DNA of 64,000 bases, taken from the NCBI GenBank assembly GCA_001662655.1, contig KV460207.1. One strand, 5' to 3'. Positions 25,393 to 37,928 of this stretch are shown here, piece after piece. Each line of letters begins with the position of its first letter. The stretch's first letter is position 1. A model generated the notes under the pieces. It was not told the origin of the DNA. It saw only the letters and a program-made list of their open reading frames with translations, and ran no database searches. The DNA comes from Pseudogymnoascus verrucosus (taxonomy: Eukaryota). The position numbers and the translations under genes are program-made.

Positions 25393-25794
25393 GCATACTA
25401 GTGCCGCCCAAAGTCTCTGGGGAACAAAGGACAAACCTAGTGATTGATGTCAGCAATTTAAGCTGATGGAATTTCTCCCTTCCTCTCTAACTTTAAATAA
25501 CTAATATGACAATTGTAGCCTTTAATAACCAAGAGTCTTTGTTTTAATTACAGTTGCTGTGATCACCAGTGTCATTAGAGTGCAGCATACTCGTGCCCGA
25601 AAGTCTCCGGATTTGGTGTCTGGAATTTAAGCTGATTGGATTTCTCCGTTTCGCTCCATTTCCAAGTGACTAATACGAGAATTGTGGCCTTCAGTGACAG
25701 AGAGACTTTATTTTCGTTATAATTGCTAAAATAAGAATTATGGCCTTTAGCACTGAGAGACTTTGTTTTCGTTATAGTTGCTAATATGAGAATT
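25393..25794. repeat. Degenerate nested direct repeats (two ~145-165 bp units plus a ~55 bp sub-unit), AT-rich
   Basis: Units 25393-25558 and 25585-25727 share GCATACT.GTGCC, AAAGTCTC.GG, AATTTAAGCTGAT, ATTTCTCC, ACTAATA.GA.AATTGT.GCCTT. The last ~55 bp recur at 25728-25782. Confidence 0.85.
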
Positions 25795-26032
25795 AGTTAC
25801 AGCAATCATAACTAGAATAAAGTCTCTTAATTACTAACTACTACTGTTATGCACGGTTCCACTTTAGCATTCTAGATGACTTTGTTATACAAAGCAAAGA
25901 GTAAACACATTCTTTGTTACTTTTTATGTAACAAAGAATAACATCGCCGTCTTAACCCCCCCCCCCCACCCCCCCAAAAAATACATCAATTCTAAAGAAC
26001 CAAACCAACAACTTTCAACGGCTACTGAAGAC

Positions 26033-26680
26033 ATGCCAGCCAGCTTCCTCACGCTACCCCGCGAGCTTCGCGACAAGATATACAAGCTATGCTTGTTGAT
26101 CGAAGGACCTGTCCGCCCCCTTGGTGGTTCTGGTTATGGATGGGACCTCTCGCCCGGGCTCCTCAGGGTGAACAAGATCATCTACAATGAAGCCAGATTG
26201 TTCTTGTACCAGAATCGCTTTGATTTTACTATGACGCTTGCATTTTGCATTTCCCGGTTCCTTGAGAAAATTGGCCGCGATAACGCAGACTGTATCCGAC
26301 ATATCTATGTCGGCTTTCCGATTTTCTGCAACCTAGAATTGGGGAATATCACCTTCAAGGATCAAAATGACGATGAAATCCTTCCGACCATCCAGAACGG
26401 TTGCGCTAATATTACAACTCTCTCGACGTCCCGGTATATCACATATCCTATACATGATCTGTTTAACTCCCTCGACGACCCGGAGATCGTTGCAGAGGCA
26501 TTGGCGGTAATCGATACTCACTTCAGAGACTTCTTTCCATCTCTGAAGGATATCATTATCGAGGTGTATGAGAACGAGCCAAGCGATTTTATGAGAAAGC
26601 AAATTGAGAACTATGGATGGATCATTGTTACGAAGGACCCTATTAGAGATTGGAATTCTGATGTGTCTCTCGATGAATGA
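26033..26680 (+). CDS. Hypothetical protein with N-terminal F-box-like motif (SFLTLPRELRDKIY)
   Basis: Intronless 215 aa ORF with good start context. FLxLPxELRxxIY...LLRVNKxIYxEA...LYxxxF pattern typical of expanded fungal F-box-like orphan families. Confidence 0.75.
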   Translation: MPASFLTLPRELRDKIYKLCLLIEGPVRPLGGSGYGWDLSPGLLRVNKIIYNEARLFLYQNRFDFTMTLAFCISRFLEKIGRDNADCIRHIYVGFPIFCNLELGNITFKDQNDDEILPTIQNGCANITTLSTSRYITYPIHDLFNSLDDPEIVAEALAVIDTHFRDFFPSLKDIIIEVYENEPSDFMRKQIENYGWIIVTKDPIRDWNSDVSLDE

Positions 26681-26942
26681 GTTAGCGATGATACCGAACG
26701 GGATATACAATAGCTGGCCATGAGGACCATGCGGGAGGTGCGGGAGGAGAGACGAGATAGGGTTACGTTGTTTCCAAAACAAAGCTATTATATTCCAAGT
26801 CACCTCTATCTAACGACACCGTCTCTACTTCGTGAATAAGTCCCTAATCCAAATTCGCTCTTCAGCACCTACTCCCCAATGTCTAATCATTAGTATTCAA
26901 TCCTCAACATCCAGCCCTCAGAACCTAACCCGTGAAACCCCC

Positions 26943-27700
26943 TTATTTCTCCCCCTCCAATCCAGCCTTGACCAATAATACCCCCCTCTTCACCAACTCA
27001 GCATTATCCAGCACCTTCCCCTCATCCCGCCACTTAAGCACAATATCCAATGTCACCGCCGCCAACTCTTTCACACCCACACCCCTCAACCCAGCCGGAA
27101 GCCCCGACATCAGCCCCCCCACCACCGACCCCGGCGCGTGCACCATCGCCGGCCGCGTAACCACCACCTCGATCTTCTCCCTGTTCTCTGCGCGCACCGC
27201 AAAAGCAAGGATCTCCATCTCTGCCTCGCCTTTGACTTTGCGCGCGGGGCCCATGAAGAGTGCTGAGGAGTTGGGGTCGGAGATTGAGAGAGCGCCGCCG
27301 GTGAAGAGGAAGCGGATGGGGTGCGAAGGAGGGGTGGGGAGTTGGGTGAGGGCAGTGGCGAGGGCGAGGGAGTAGGTTATGGAGACGAGGCGTTGGTCGG
27401 GGACGGAGGCGGTTTTGATACCGAGGGTCCTGGGAGGATGTTAGAATATGTGAGAGGTGGCTTGGTGAGGGGTGGGGTTTACCAGATGCAGGCTTCTGCG
27501 CCGTCGAGCTGGGTGAGGACATCGGGGGGGTAGACGGCGAAGTCGGCAAGGATTATGATTTGGAGTTTGGGGTGGGTGATGGGAGGAGATAGGGCGCGGC
27601 GGGAGAGGACGACGAGGGTGGTGATCGAGGGGTGGAGGAGGGCTTGGCGGACGACTTCTGTGCCGATGAAGCCTGTTGCGCCAGTGAGGATGACCTTCAT
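26943..27700 (-). CDS. NAD(P)-binding Rossmann-fold protein, atypical SDR/epimerase-like (2 exons: 27700-27483, 27429-26943)
   Basis: MKVILTGATGFIG motif; ACIW|TLG across intron 27430-27482; RFLFTGG, KVKGEAE, VVTRPA. Confidence 0.88.
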
Positions 27701-28566
27701 TTTGGAGGGATATCGAGAGATAGTTGGATCTATTGGTTCTGTTGGAGTTTGAGAGTGGGAATATGAGATTTGTTTCGGAGAGAATATTCTGATGGTTTGA
27801 GAAATGGGTTTTGTTATGAGAATTTAAATGTGAGAATGATGCTGAATTAATTATGAAAGATGGACTTAGAGATAATACTTATACTTATTCTTCCAGTTTG
27901 ACTTGGTCACCAAAGTATCGCGAGTTCATCCGTCTCCCATCCACGGCTTAATTTTGTGACGATTCGAATATTCGTACCTGCCATATTGAATTGTATAGAA
28001 TTTAATCGAATGTCAGACGTAGAAACCGGCCGCCTAACTCTCCGGGACGGAGTATATTTAAGTTGACAACTTGACAGCGGAGTTGAGTTACCCCGTTTCA
28101 TCACGTGACATCATAAAGGTCTCGCCGACTTTGGAACGTGCCAACGTTCCAAAGACAGTTAATTTAATCCAAGGTACATAATCAGGCACACAATTTGGAA
28201 CATAAGAGATGGTTCATGGCCAATAAGAGGTAAGAGGCTTGACTGGTCATATGTTTGGCCTTCACGTGCCTTTATAAACATCGCTGTCTGTTGCTGTTTA
28301 GTACATTACCCTCATTCTGGAGTACTGCCTGCCCAATAGCTATAATGTAGCCGACAGAAAGAACCCCCCCCCGCCTTTGAGTTGCTAACATGGCGAGACA
28401 TGTGAATAGCTTCCTTACAGGCCAGACAAGTATTCTCTCCTTACACCACTCACAGTCACTCGCAGAGACAGCGTATTCACGCATGTTCTAGCATGAGCAC
28501 CTCCCACTATAAATAATCAACGAAAGACGTGCTTTAACCTTCAAGCTCATCTCTCATGCCCACAAA

Positions 28567-29231
28567 ATGGTTCCAAAACCAGCAGTCACGCCCTTGACCC
28601 ATGATGAATTCAGAAAGTACCAACCCCCGCCCCTTCCCCATAAAGCCCAACTAACAAAGGCAGGAAATGTGATTGCCAGGTCGTCACCATCTACGCTGGT
28701 CGTAATTGTCACTCCTCTTTCACACTCCCCAAAGACCTTCTCGGCTACTACTCCCGAACTTTCGCACACTATTTCAACGGAACCTCTGCGCAAGCCCTGT
28801 CTGGTTTCTTGATCCTCCCAGCTGTTGATCCCAAGTTGTTGGCTGTGCTGATCGACTATATCAAGCATGGATCTGCGTCTTTCCCATACGGTTTCGTGTG
28901 GAGCTGGGGGCGAGAGGGGGATGGTGTTACAGCAGCAGCATATCAAGTGATCAGTGACTGTGTTAGGACTCTCACAGCATTCCTGGGTCTCTGCGCTGCC
29001 TACGATGTCCACGAGGCAGGGGTAGCGATATACGAGCCTCTCACTATATGCATCTATCTGGCACAGAGCTATGGTATTGACATTAAGACGGTCCTGACGG
29101 ACGGTTTTATTGACACGGTTCTTGGAACTCTTCCGGATCTACCGGGCGGAAATCCTGTGCTTGTTTTATTGGCGCAGGCTACCGGTGCGGATACAGTGAT
29201 TAATCATCGTCTGGTTTCCATGGGAGAGTGA
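28567..29231 (+). CDS. Divergent BTB/POZ-domain protein (2 exons: 28567-28616, 28664-29231)
   Basis: Intron 28617-28663 (GT...CTAAC...CAG) gives VVTIYAG...FTLPKDLLGYYSRTFAHYFNG...LILPAVDPKLLAVLIDYI, the fungal BTB pattern. The donor (GTACCA) is weak. Confidence 0.7.
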
Positions 29232-29943
29232 GTGGAGTGTGGTTTCCATGTGTGTGGAGGGGGTGGTCGGCATGAGGGCTAAGAAGAACGAGGATAATAG
29301 GATGAGACTGGTGCTGGCATCACGACGACAGGGGACCCACGAGCAGTGCTTGTGGAGAATGGGAAACTAACAACAGATGTGGGATATTACTGTGACACTA
29401 TATCAGCCTCAACTCTAGATGCTTGAAAGACTCCAAGCAAGGCTAGATGTATTATTGAGGAAGATTTACAACCTGACGTCTCTCCATGTGTTGTGACTGT
29501 GGATCAGGTGCCTTCGTCGTGACCAGTTTTGCGACAGATTCCTCATTGATAAAGCTACACACAGATGAACTAGATGCACATTGAAGAAATCATGGTTTTA
29601 TAACAGTGAAAGCAAACTCCACTGCCGTGTTCTCATTTTCTGATTTCTAAGAAGTCGTCGATAGCGTACAAATGCTGCCGCTACCCCACACATAGACCCC
29701 ACAAAACCCCATTGGTAAATGCCGAGGCATATCCAATACGCTCGGCTCCCCCGACCTCACTCTTCTCCGCACGTACCCCACCGTTTAGTTAAGTATGGTC
29801 CCATTGAGATCTGCTATTGCATCTTTCCGTCTTTATATATATTCCACATCCGCCTGTAAATAAATTGTTTTGATATATCTTGCGAATTTGTCATTATTCC
29901 TCCAGACTACTTAACCCGACGTAGCTGATAAGCTCTTATCAAG

Positions 29944-30871
29944 ATGGCTGCCGCTGCCGAAACCGTTCTCAATGACTTCCCTTCTCTCTTCTCCTTGAAG
30001 GGCAAGGTCGTCGTCGTTACTGGCGGATCTCGTGGCCTGGGACTCCACGCTGCATCAGGGTATGTGCTTAACTTCATCCCGATAAACCCATCTAACAGCT
30101 AGAAACAGATTCCTCCAAGCCGGCGCCGCCAAGGTGTACATCACCTCGCGCAAGGCCAAGGCATGCGACGAGGCCGTCGCAGCCCTCAACAAGCTCCCAA
30201 ACCTACAGCCGGGTGCCCATGCCATTTCGGTCCCAGCCGACTCGGCCAAGTTCTCCGGAGTTGAGCACCTCGTCCGCGAGGTCAGCAAGACCACCGACCA
30301 TGTCGATATCCTCTTCGCTAACGCTGGAGCCACATGGGGCGAGAAGTTCGACACCCACCCCGATGAGGCGTTCGCCAAGGTCATGGACCTGAACGTCAAG
30401 AGTGTGTTCAACACTGTTAGACTGTTCGCGCCGCTGCTTCAGAAGAACGCGTCTGTCCAGGACACGTCGAGGGTCATAATCACCGCATCCGTTGCGGGCA
30501 TTGGAGTTGGAAGCCTCGGTGAAAATGCCACCTTCGGATACTCGGCCTCCAAGGCTGCGGCTATCCATCTTGCCAAGAACCTCGCTGTCGAGCTTGGCCC
30601 AAGAGGAATCTTGGTTAACGCTATTGCGCCGGGCTTCTTCCCGTCCAAGATGGCGAATGGTCTGTTGGACCTTGCTGGCGGAGCTGAGAAGGTTGCCAGG
30701 AGAAACCCAAACAGGAGGTTGGGCTCACCGGAGGATCTGGCTGGAGCTGTTGTATTCTTGTCTAGTAGGGCTGCTAGCCACATCAACGGTGCTACACTGG
30801 TGATTGATGGCGGAGAAGTTATATCGAGGGGGGCCATGGGCGAGCTGGAAGATGAGAAGGCCAAGTTGTAG
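29944..30871 (+). CDS. Classical short-chain dehydrogenase/reductase (RhlG/FabG-like) with peroxisomal PTS1 (2 exons: 29944-30059, 30109-30871)
   Basis: VVVVTGGSRGLG, DILFANAG, YSASK (YxxxK), VNAIAPG, C-terminal -AKL. Intron 30060-30108. Confidence 0.92.
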
Positions 30872-31072
30872 AGATATTAGGGTTATTTATAGCACACAAT
30901 ATATGTAACAAGTACAATAAAACCTCTATATTACATGCATACTCAAAATCATATTTCTTATCATGCACAACGCATGCCGGACCGCGATCTCATGCACTTA
31001 AATTCCATATTTTATATTTAGGGGTACCTCATATATGCGAGTTTCCACTCTAAAAGCTAAGTACTTGTCGGA

Positions 31073-32550
31073 TTAAAGCTTCCTTGCCACCCAGTGGCTA
31101 ACTTGATATGTATTTTGGAGCATGCTTTCATCGTCCTGGATATATCCCGCTTTGATACCGGACTCCTTGCTTTCAATCTTGAACCCAAAGTGTTCGACCA
31201 GAGCGATAACCTCATCATTTGTCAACTCAATACTCCCAGGGTCAGCAATACCTAGAGTGGTCAGTAACATAACATCCTTGCGGGTTAAGTTGCTTACCAG
31301 AGGTCTCCATAATCTTCTTGCCAGCATCTTTAGTCCCAAAGGAGCCGGGGGCATTGTTCTCAAAGTGCCACAAGAGAGGTCCGATGTTGCTCCATATCCC
31401 TCCCGCCTTAAGACAATTCTTAATTGTCTCAATGTACCGTATTAAGTTCGGGGCCGTGTCTATGAAGAAAACTGTCGCGATAGCATCGTATGTATCCTTA
31501 TGTTCTTCATCGTTATATAGACAGATAAAGTCAGAAGCGCTCATAGACATCTCGCCTGCCTTGTGAGTGCCGTTTCCGACGCTACTCTTTTCGTGCAGCG
31601 CCATCCCAGGGTGGATGTCTGGAATTCTAAATGATTGCAGTTGCCGAGAGCGACTTTGGTGGTTGGAAAAGTTGTGAACCCAAGGAAATATCGTGTGAAC
31701 TTGAGCTCCAGAGCAGTAGTTGAGGATATAAGAACTGGCAAGGAGCTGGTGGTAGCTCATTTCATTGCCTTCGACGTTGAAGCCCTCGTAGCAGAGATCA
31801 AAAACGAGTCGCCCAAGTCCAGCACCAGGTACCAGAACATTCATCGTTTTGCCACCGCGCTTCACGCGCTCTGCCTTCAGATCATTCATAACAGGCCCGT
31901 AGCATGCCTTCCGCTCGACAGCGCCTTCCGCAGACCAGTCTCTATAGAACTGGCGAATTGTGCTTCTCGCCTTGTCGAGGTCACCTGATTTTGCCACTCC
32001 CTTCCACAATTCAGACGACTTAAGTTTGTCAAAATCCATTGAAGACTCGAACGATTCGAGGCCTGACTGGAGAATGGCTGCAGCAAGTTCGCCATTTTTG
32101 TCAATGGCATCGTCCACGGCATTGAGAGTGTCTAAATAGGAAAACGGAGGGGCTGCAAGAAGCTCCCAGTGTTTCTGAGGGAGGGCATAGAATGATTGCC
32201 TTCTCATATGCGTTGTGTTATAGTGGGCAATCTTGGTATATTGACTATACACACACAATCAGCTCTTGGAGAACCAATGGCGTGGTGTACGCTTCTGAAA
32301 CCGTGTACGGAAGCACGTCAGGAGCATCCACATGATAAGGCTCACTGACATTTAAAATGCATAACGCAGAAGAAGAATTCGATGCTTGACAAGGCTGAGA
32401 AACAGGAGAAACGTACTGGAATGAATCGAGCGCTTGAAATAAAACCTTCTGCTCCTCTTCGTCCCCCATGACCTCCGCTACGCCTCCCCACCCCTCATCC
32501 GCATCACTTGACGCAGACGAGGAGCTGGACTCGTCAATGTTATAGGACAT
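31073..32550 (-). CDS. Carnosine N-methyltransferase-like (N2227 family) SAM methyltransferase (3 exons: 32550-32417, 32244-31298, 31251-31073)
   Basis: RQFYRDWSAEG, VLVPGAGLGRL, EGNEMSYHQL, TVFFIDTAPN, NIGPLLWHF, SIELT. Introns 32245-32416 and 31252-31297. Confidence 0.92.
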
Positions 32551-32764
32551 CACACAATTATAGACAAGAAAGAGGACGAACTATGCACATTATCAACTTA
32601 TCTCCATTGAATGTGTCTAGTTTCCGCATTTGGCAGTTGTGAGGTACTGGGCTGGCAAAATCGAGTCACCGCCTTCGTCGCCGTGGACCCCTCCAGAGTC
32701 CCTACTTACACATCACGTAAACATCCACTCCCACCAAAGGTTCACACCACGGGACAGTAACAAC

Positions 32765-33296
32765 ATGGCTGAAACTCTGGACCGAACCGGGCGGCGAGCA
32801 GGGAAGCCGATTGAACTCGCGATTCCGCTTCCAAATGCACCGCAAACTAAGATCTACATCCGCCTCACCATCAGCGCGACCTCTATACTCGTTCTGTTGA
32901 CCACAGTTTTCGGAGGGGAGAATGCCATCAAACCTGCTTTGGGGTCTTTTGTTTATGCTTTACCAGATGTGAGTATAGTCTCTGAAGAAATGGACTTATG
33001 AAGTTATCCGGGAGCTGACACCTCGATTATAGCGGGTGAATCCAGGCCAGACCTTATGTACGCAGCTCTACACTTACGAATCCTCCATCGATTTCACAAC
33101 CCGCCTAGCCAAACTCCTAGCAAGGAAAAGCAAGATACCTGTCTATGTTGGCAATTCAATGGAGTTTTCGAGCGCAGGCATGGGAGGGACCGTCGAGGAA
33201 GAGATGGCAGGGTTTAAGGCTGTTGTGGAAGTGGTAATGGCCGAGGTCGACCATCTCAGTCAACCAAGCGATGACGGGATCAAAAACCCTTCATGA
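32765..33296 (+). CDS. Proteasome assembly chaperone 4 (PAC4/Poc4)-like protein (2 exons: 32765-32968, 33033-33296)
   Basis: LGSFVYALPD|R...STQLY-like TLCTQLY...FTTRLAKLLARKSKIPVYVGNS. Canonical intron 32969-33032. Divergent from the methyltransferase gene, ~215 bp apart. Confidence 0.75.
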
Positions 33297-33400
33297 GATG
33301 CACGTTTTTCAAAGACACTGGAATGAACGACCTGCAAACTACTCATCTGGGATGGAGGTCATCTGTATCCGAGCCCAGTAGCTGGCTCTGAAGCGTGCCG

Positions 33401-33514
33401 TTGGGCATATGGGCCTATGCTGTGGTCTGAGAATGAAGCACTGTCGTTCAGTGTCCATTGGGCATATAGGCCTATGTTGTGACCTGGGAATAAAGCACTG
33501 TCGTTCAGTATCTA
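33401..33514. repeat. 57-bp tandem duplication
   Basis: 33401-33457 versus 33458-33514: 49/57 identical, and all 8 differences are transitions. Confidence 0.92.
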
Positions 33515-34948
33515 TGAACGCCATTTTACACGGCATTTGCGCAACGTACGGGAAGGCGTACGTCATGAACTCACCTGGTGTGAGGGGTTCGTGATACACT
33601 GCGAAAGCTAAGAAAGTATATCGAATCGTATGCAGTTCGATTCTCACATGATGCCCAGCTCACCCACGCCCTTGTTTAGAGGGCAGGATATGCATGGAAA
33701 CGGGTGTGCGTCTCTTCTGCTAAGATTAATATCTACTCTCCTGTAGTAATACAGATGAAATACCAGATTTGTGTATCCCAAGTTTGTATGACAGACGAAA
33801 GAACGACTCATCAGTATAGCCAGACCTTGAGGAACATACAGTTAATGTAGGTGATTGTGGTCACATATGCCATTCAAATTACATACGTATTTGCATTTGC
33901 AGCGACTCCGTCTACTATTTGGTTCCCATTATTATTAATTGCCAGAGAAGCTACGTAAATGAAGTCCAAACTTTGCTAGATTTGATACTTATATCGAAGA
34001 GTAGTATCTCTTGAGCGCCATTAAATCTGCAGGTAGATGAAAACGGAAAGTTATAAGGTTGTGGATCCATACTATGGCTCCATGGCCTTGTGATGACTTA
34101 AGCATCACAGCGCAGATATGGCAAAGAGCGAACACACACAATTATGTGCGTTATAGGGAACGGTTACAATAAAGGGCAGCGAATAGTGGCCCATATTTTA
34201 TGTTACTCAAAATATATGTAGATAAACATAGGATTGCTTTTTACAGAGCTGAGGATATCATAAAAGATAAAAGGTGCAGTCACGGAGCAGTGTTCCGCCG
34301 TCAGAGCTGCTGGCTTTGGAGGGGTAAGTTGACTTTGGTGGGGACATTTCATGGCCCTCAGCCATCGCAAGCGAATCAGAATTGCCCGTACCCTCAGAGA
34401 CGACGACGTCAATTCTAGGAAATCTTACAATATTTGTCGGCTTCAGTATTTGACAGCATAATTACCGTCCTACTGTTCTCGCGACCTGATATACATCCTT
34501 CAAAATTATTATATTTGGCTAACCGCCACGAAGAGGCGACATCTTTTTCGTTGTGCGTGCACCCGCTGGACCCACCACCGCTTTCACGAAGCGCCGATTG
34601 AGCAAACAGATTCGGAATCTGGAGCAAGTCTACAGTTCCTAAGAGACACCGAAGGTTCCACGACCTTCAACCATACAAGGCCGGTACTCAGCCCCTTATA
34701 GGTATGTAGATGGCAAAAGACCGCCGCCCTCTTCGTTTCAAGTGGCGTTTGCGTCGCTTGATCCCCTCTATCTGGAACCCCAGCTAATTTTGAGGCTATG
34801 AACAGATGTCGATCTAACGTTTCTGACGTCCCACAAGACATCCCGTGTGACCGAAGCGGGCTATTCAGACGCTGCGAATATACGGCAAGCTGAAAATTTC
34901 AATTGGGCTATAAAGATAGTCGAAATACCTCCGGTTTCAGGATCTGCC

Positions 34949-37928
34949 ATGGCGTGGCAGCCGACCGACGAGGCCTTGGGGCAGTTGGCGGGGTGTCTGA
35001 GAGATTCGACCGATGGGCAAGACAAGACGAAGCAAAAGCAAGCTGAACTAGTATGTTTCTCCATGACCTCGAATCCTTCATACTGTCCCTGGGGGAAAAG
35101 CGCATATATTGAGGGGTAAAAGAACTGACGTTTGTTTTCTAGATGCTGGCGCAAGCACAGAATTCACCTGACATCAACAACTACCTCACGTACATATTCA
35201 CCAGTCCCGACGTTCCACCAGGACTCCCGTACACGGAAGTCCAATACCATACCATCAGGGCAGTAGCGTCGATTACTCTGAAAAACAACATTAGGACGGG
35301 ATACAAAACGATACCAGAATCAAGCCTGGCGCTTATTCGGTCTACCCTACCACTTGCGCTCCAAGACAAGAATGCTCTGATCAGAAGCTATGCAGGAATT
35401 GTCATTACTGAAATTGTCAAGCGTGGTGGAATACTTGCATGGCCAGAGCTTCTGCCTCACCTGATCGATCTGGTGAGCAATGGGAGTGGAAATGTCACCC
35501 AAGTGGCTCAAGAAGGTGCTATGTCTGCGTTGAGCAAAATCTGCGAAGACAACAAGCAACTGCTGGATAGTGACTACCAAGGCCAACGCCCGCTCAATGT
35601 TCTCATTCCCAAACTGATCGAGTTTACCCAAAGCCCACTCCCGAAGGTTCGGACGTTAGCTCTGATGAGCATCAATGAATTCATACACCAGAAGCCCCAG
35701 GCCATTCTCGTCAACTTGGATGTTTTGTTAGGCCATCTATTCCAGCTAGCCAATGACCCTGTTACAGATGTTCGCAGACAAGTTTGCCGGGCATTCGTCT
35801 CAATTGTGGAAGTTCGGCCAGACAAGGTTCTGCCATATATTGGAGGTTTGGTCGATTATATTATCGCCCAGCAAAAGCAAACTGACGAAGAAGACCTTGC
35901 TTGCGATGCAGCAGAGTTTTGGCTTAGTGTGGGCGAACACCAAGAACTATGGAAAGCCTTGGCGCCATACCTTGATAGGATTATCCCAGTCCTATTAGAT
36001 AGCATGGTCTACAGCGAGGACGACATCGCTGATTTGGGCGGTCTTATTGATGATGCAGAAGAAGATGACAGGGCCGAGGATATTAAGCCTACGTTTGCAC
36101 GTGGAAAGGATGCCAGAAATTTCGAAGGTGAAGCTGCCGAAGGACAGAATGGAGACGCATACAAAAAAGTGCCTGGAGGAAGCGACTCTGATGATCTCGA
36201 CGAAGGCGAAATAGACGAGTCAGATGATGACGACGACTACAATCCAGAAGACCAATGGAATCTACGAAAATGCTCTGCAGCTGCACTGGATGTCTTTGCC
36301 ACGGACTTCCGAGGACCAGTCTTCGAGTCAATTCTGCCATACCTGATGACTAATCTGAAGCATGAAGACTGGCCTCACCGGGAGGCCGCAGTTCTTGCTC
36401 TTGGTGCCGTTGCAGAAGGGTGTATGGATGTGGTTACTCCGCACTTACCGGAACTAGTACCATACCTCATCAGCTTGCTGAATGACACGGAGCCACTTGT
36501 ACGGCAGATCACCTGCTGGACCCTTGGAAGATACTCAGCATGGGGAGTTGGTCTTACAGATGAAGCCGACCGTGCAAGGTATTTCGTACCAATGATGGAG
36601 GGTCTTCTGATGAAAATGCTTGATCGCAATAAGAAGGTCCAGGAAGCAGGGGCATCCGCATTTGCACACCTTGAAGAAAAGGCTGGCTCACAACTTATCC
36701 CCTACTGCAACCCAATTATTCGCCAATTCGTACGCTGTTTCGACAGATATAAGGAGAAGAACATGTTCATACTGTACGACTGTGTGCAGACCTTGGCTGA
36801 GCACGTTGGCCCTAGCCTTGCCACTCCCGAACTAATCGACTTATTGATGCCTGCACTCATCAGCCGGTGGAGAAAGGTTTCCGACCAGTCTCGAGAACTG
36901 TTTCCCCTTCTGGAATGTTTATCATACGTTGCGGCAGCATTTGGGACGGCTTTCACGCCTTACTCGCCTGATATTTTCGCTAGGTGTATCAAGATTATCC
37001 ATCAGAATCTTGAAGACCACGCTCTGGCTGCGACCAACCCTATCTACGATAGCCCTGATAAAGACTTTTTGGTCACAAGTTTGGATCTTTTGAGTGCTAT
37101 TATTCAAGTCCTTGATGCTGCCGAGTCCGCACAGCTCGTTTCAACGGCGCAGCCAAATTTCTTTGAGCTTCTGACTTTCTGTATGGAAGATCCAACCAGT
37201 GACGTTCGCCAATCATCGTATGCGTTACTCGGAGACTGCGCAAAATGTGTTGCTCCTCAACTCGGGCCATTCTTGCCAAGCATAATGCGGGTACTTCTCA
37301 AGCAACTCAACCTAGCTGAAGTATTGGACGAGCAAATCGAGAATGGGTTCAGTGTTACTAACAACGCCTGTTGGTCGTTAGGTGAGATTGCAATTCGACA
37401 CGGCAAAGTTCTAGCGCCATATATCGACCAGCTGCTTCAACGCCTCGTGGAAATTCTCGGAAACAACAAGGTGCCTACTTCTGTAAATGAGAATGCTGGA
37501 ATTGCACTTGGACGTTTGGGACTTGATAACTCAGAGGCCATGGCCCCTCATCTTGCGTTATACGCAGCGTATTTCCTGAACTCGATGGACAGCGTCGACT
37601 ATACGGAAGAGAAGGTTTCCGCCTTCATCGGATTCACGATGATTGTTGGCCGGAACCCCCAAGCGATGGAGAGCGTCCTTGTTCATTTCTTTACTTCGAT
37701 TGCACACTATAAGCACGAGTTCGAATTCACCACGGAACACAAGGCCAACCTTCACACCTTGTTCGCGCAGGTACGTTTACTACGATGTTAGTTCTGCTTT
37801 GTGACTGAGTTGCTAACTTTCCACAGGCTTTGACTGCATATAGGTCTCTCATCCCGGATTTCGATGGTTTCCTCAACCAGCTTCCAGCTGCAGAACAACA
37901 GGCTCTGCGAGCAACTTACAACTTGTAA
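34949..37928 (+). CDS. KAP104: Transportin-1 / importin beta-2 (3 exons: 34949-35050, 35143-37770, 37827-37928)
   Basis: MAWQP start, HEAT repeats, acidic H8 loop EDIKP...WNLRKCSAAALD, REAAVLALGAVAEGC, NKKVQEAGASAFA, NMFILYD, NNACWSLGEI. Confidence 0.95.

Noticed and set aside
25393..25794. Repeat array as possible CRISPR
   Set aside because: Eukaryotic context, degenerate contiguous units, no unique spacers and no cas genes.
25955..25975. Poly-C/poly-G runs here and near 1900, 38045 and 50691
   Set aside because: Simple homopolymers, common in such genomes and prone to sequencing error; no further structure.
31073..31090. C-terminal -RKL of the methyltransferase as PTS1
   Set aside because: Arg at position -3 does not fit the (S/A/C)(K/R/H)(L/M) consensus.
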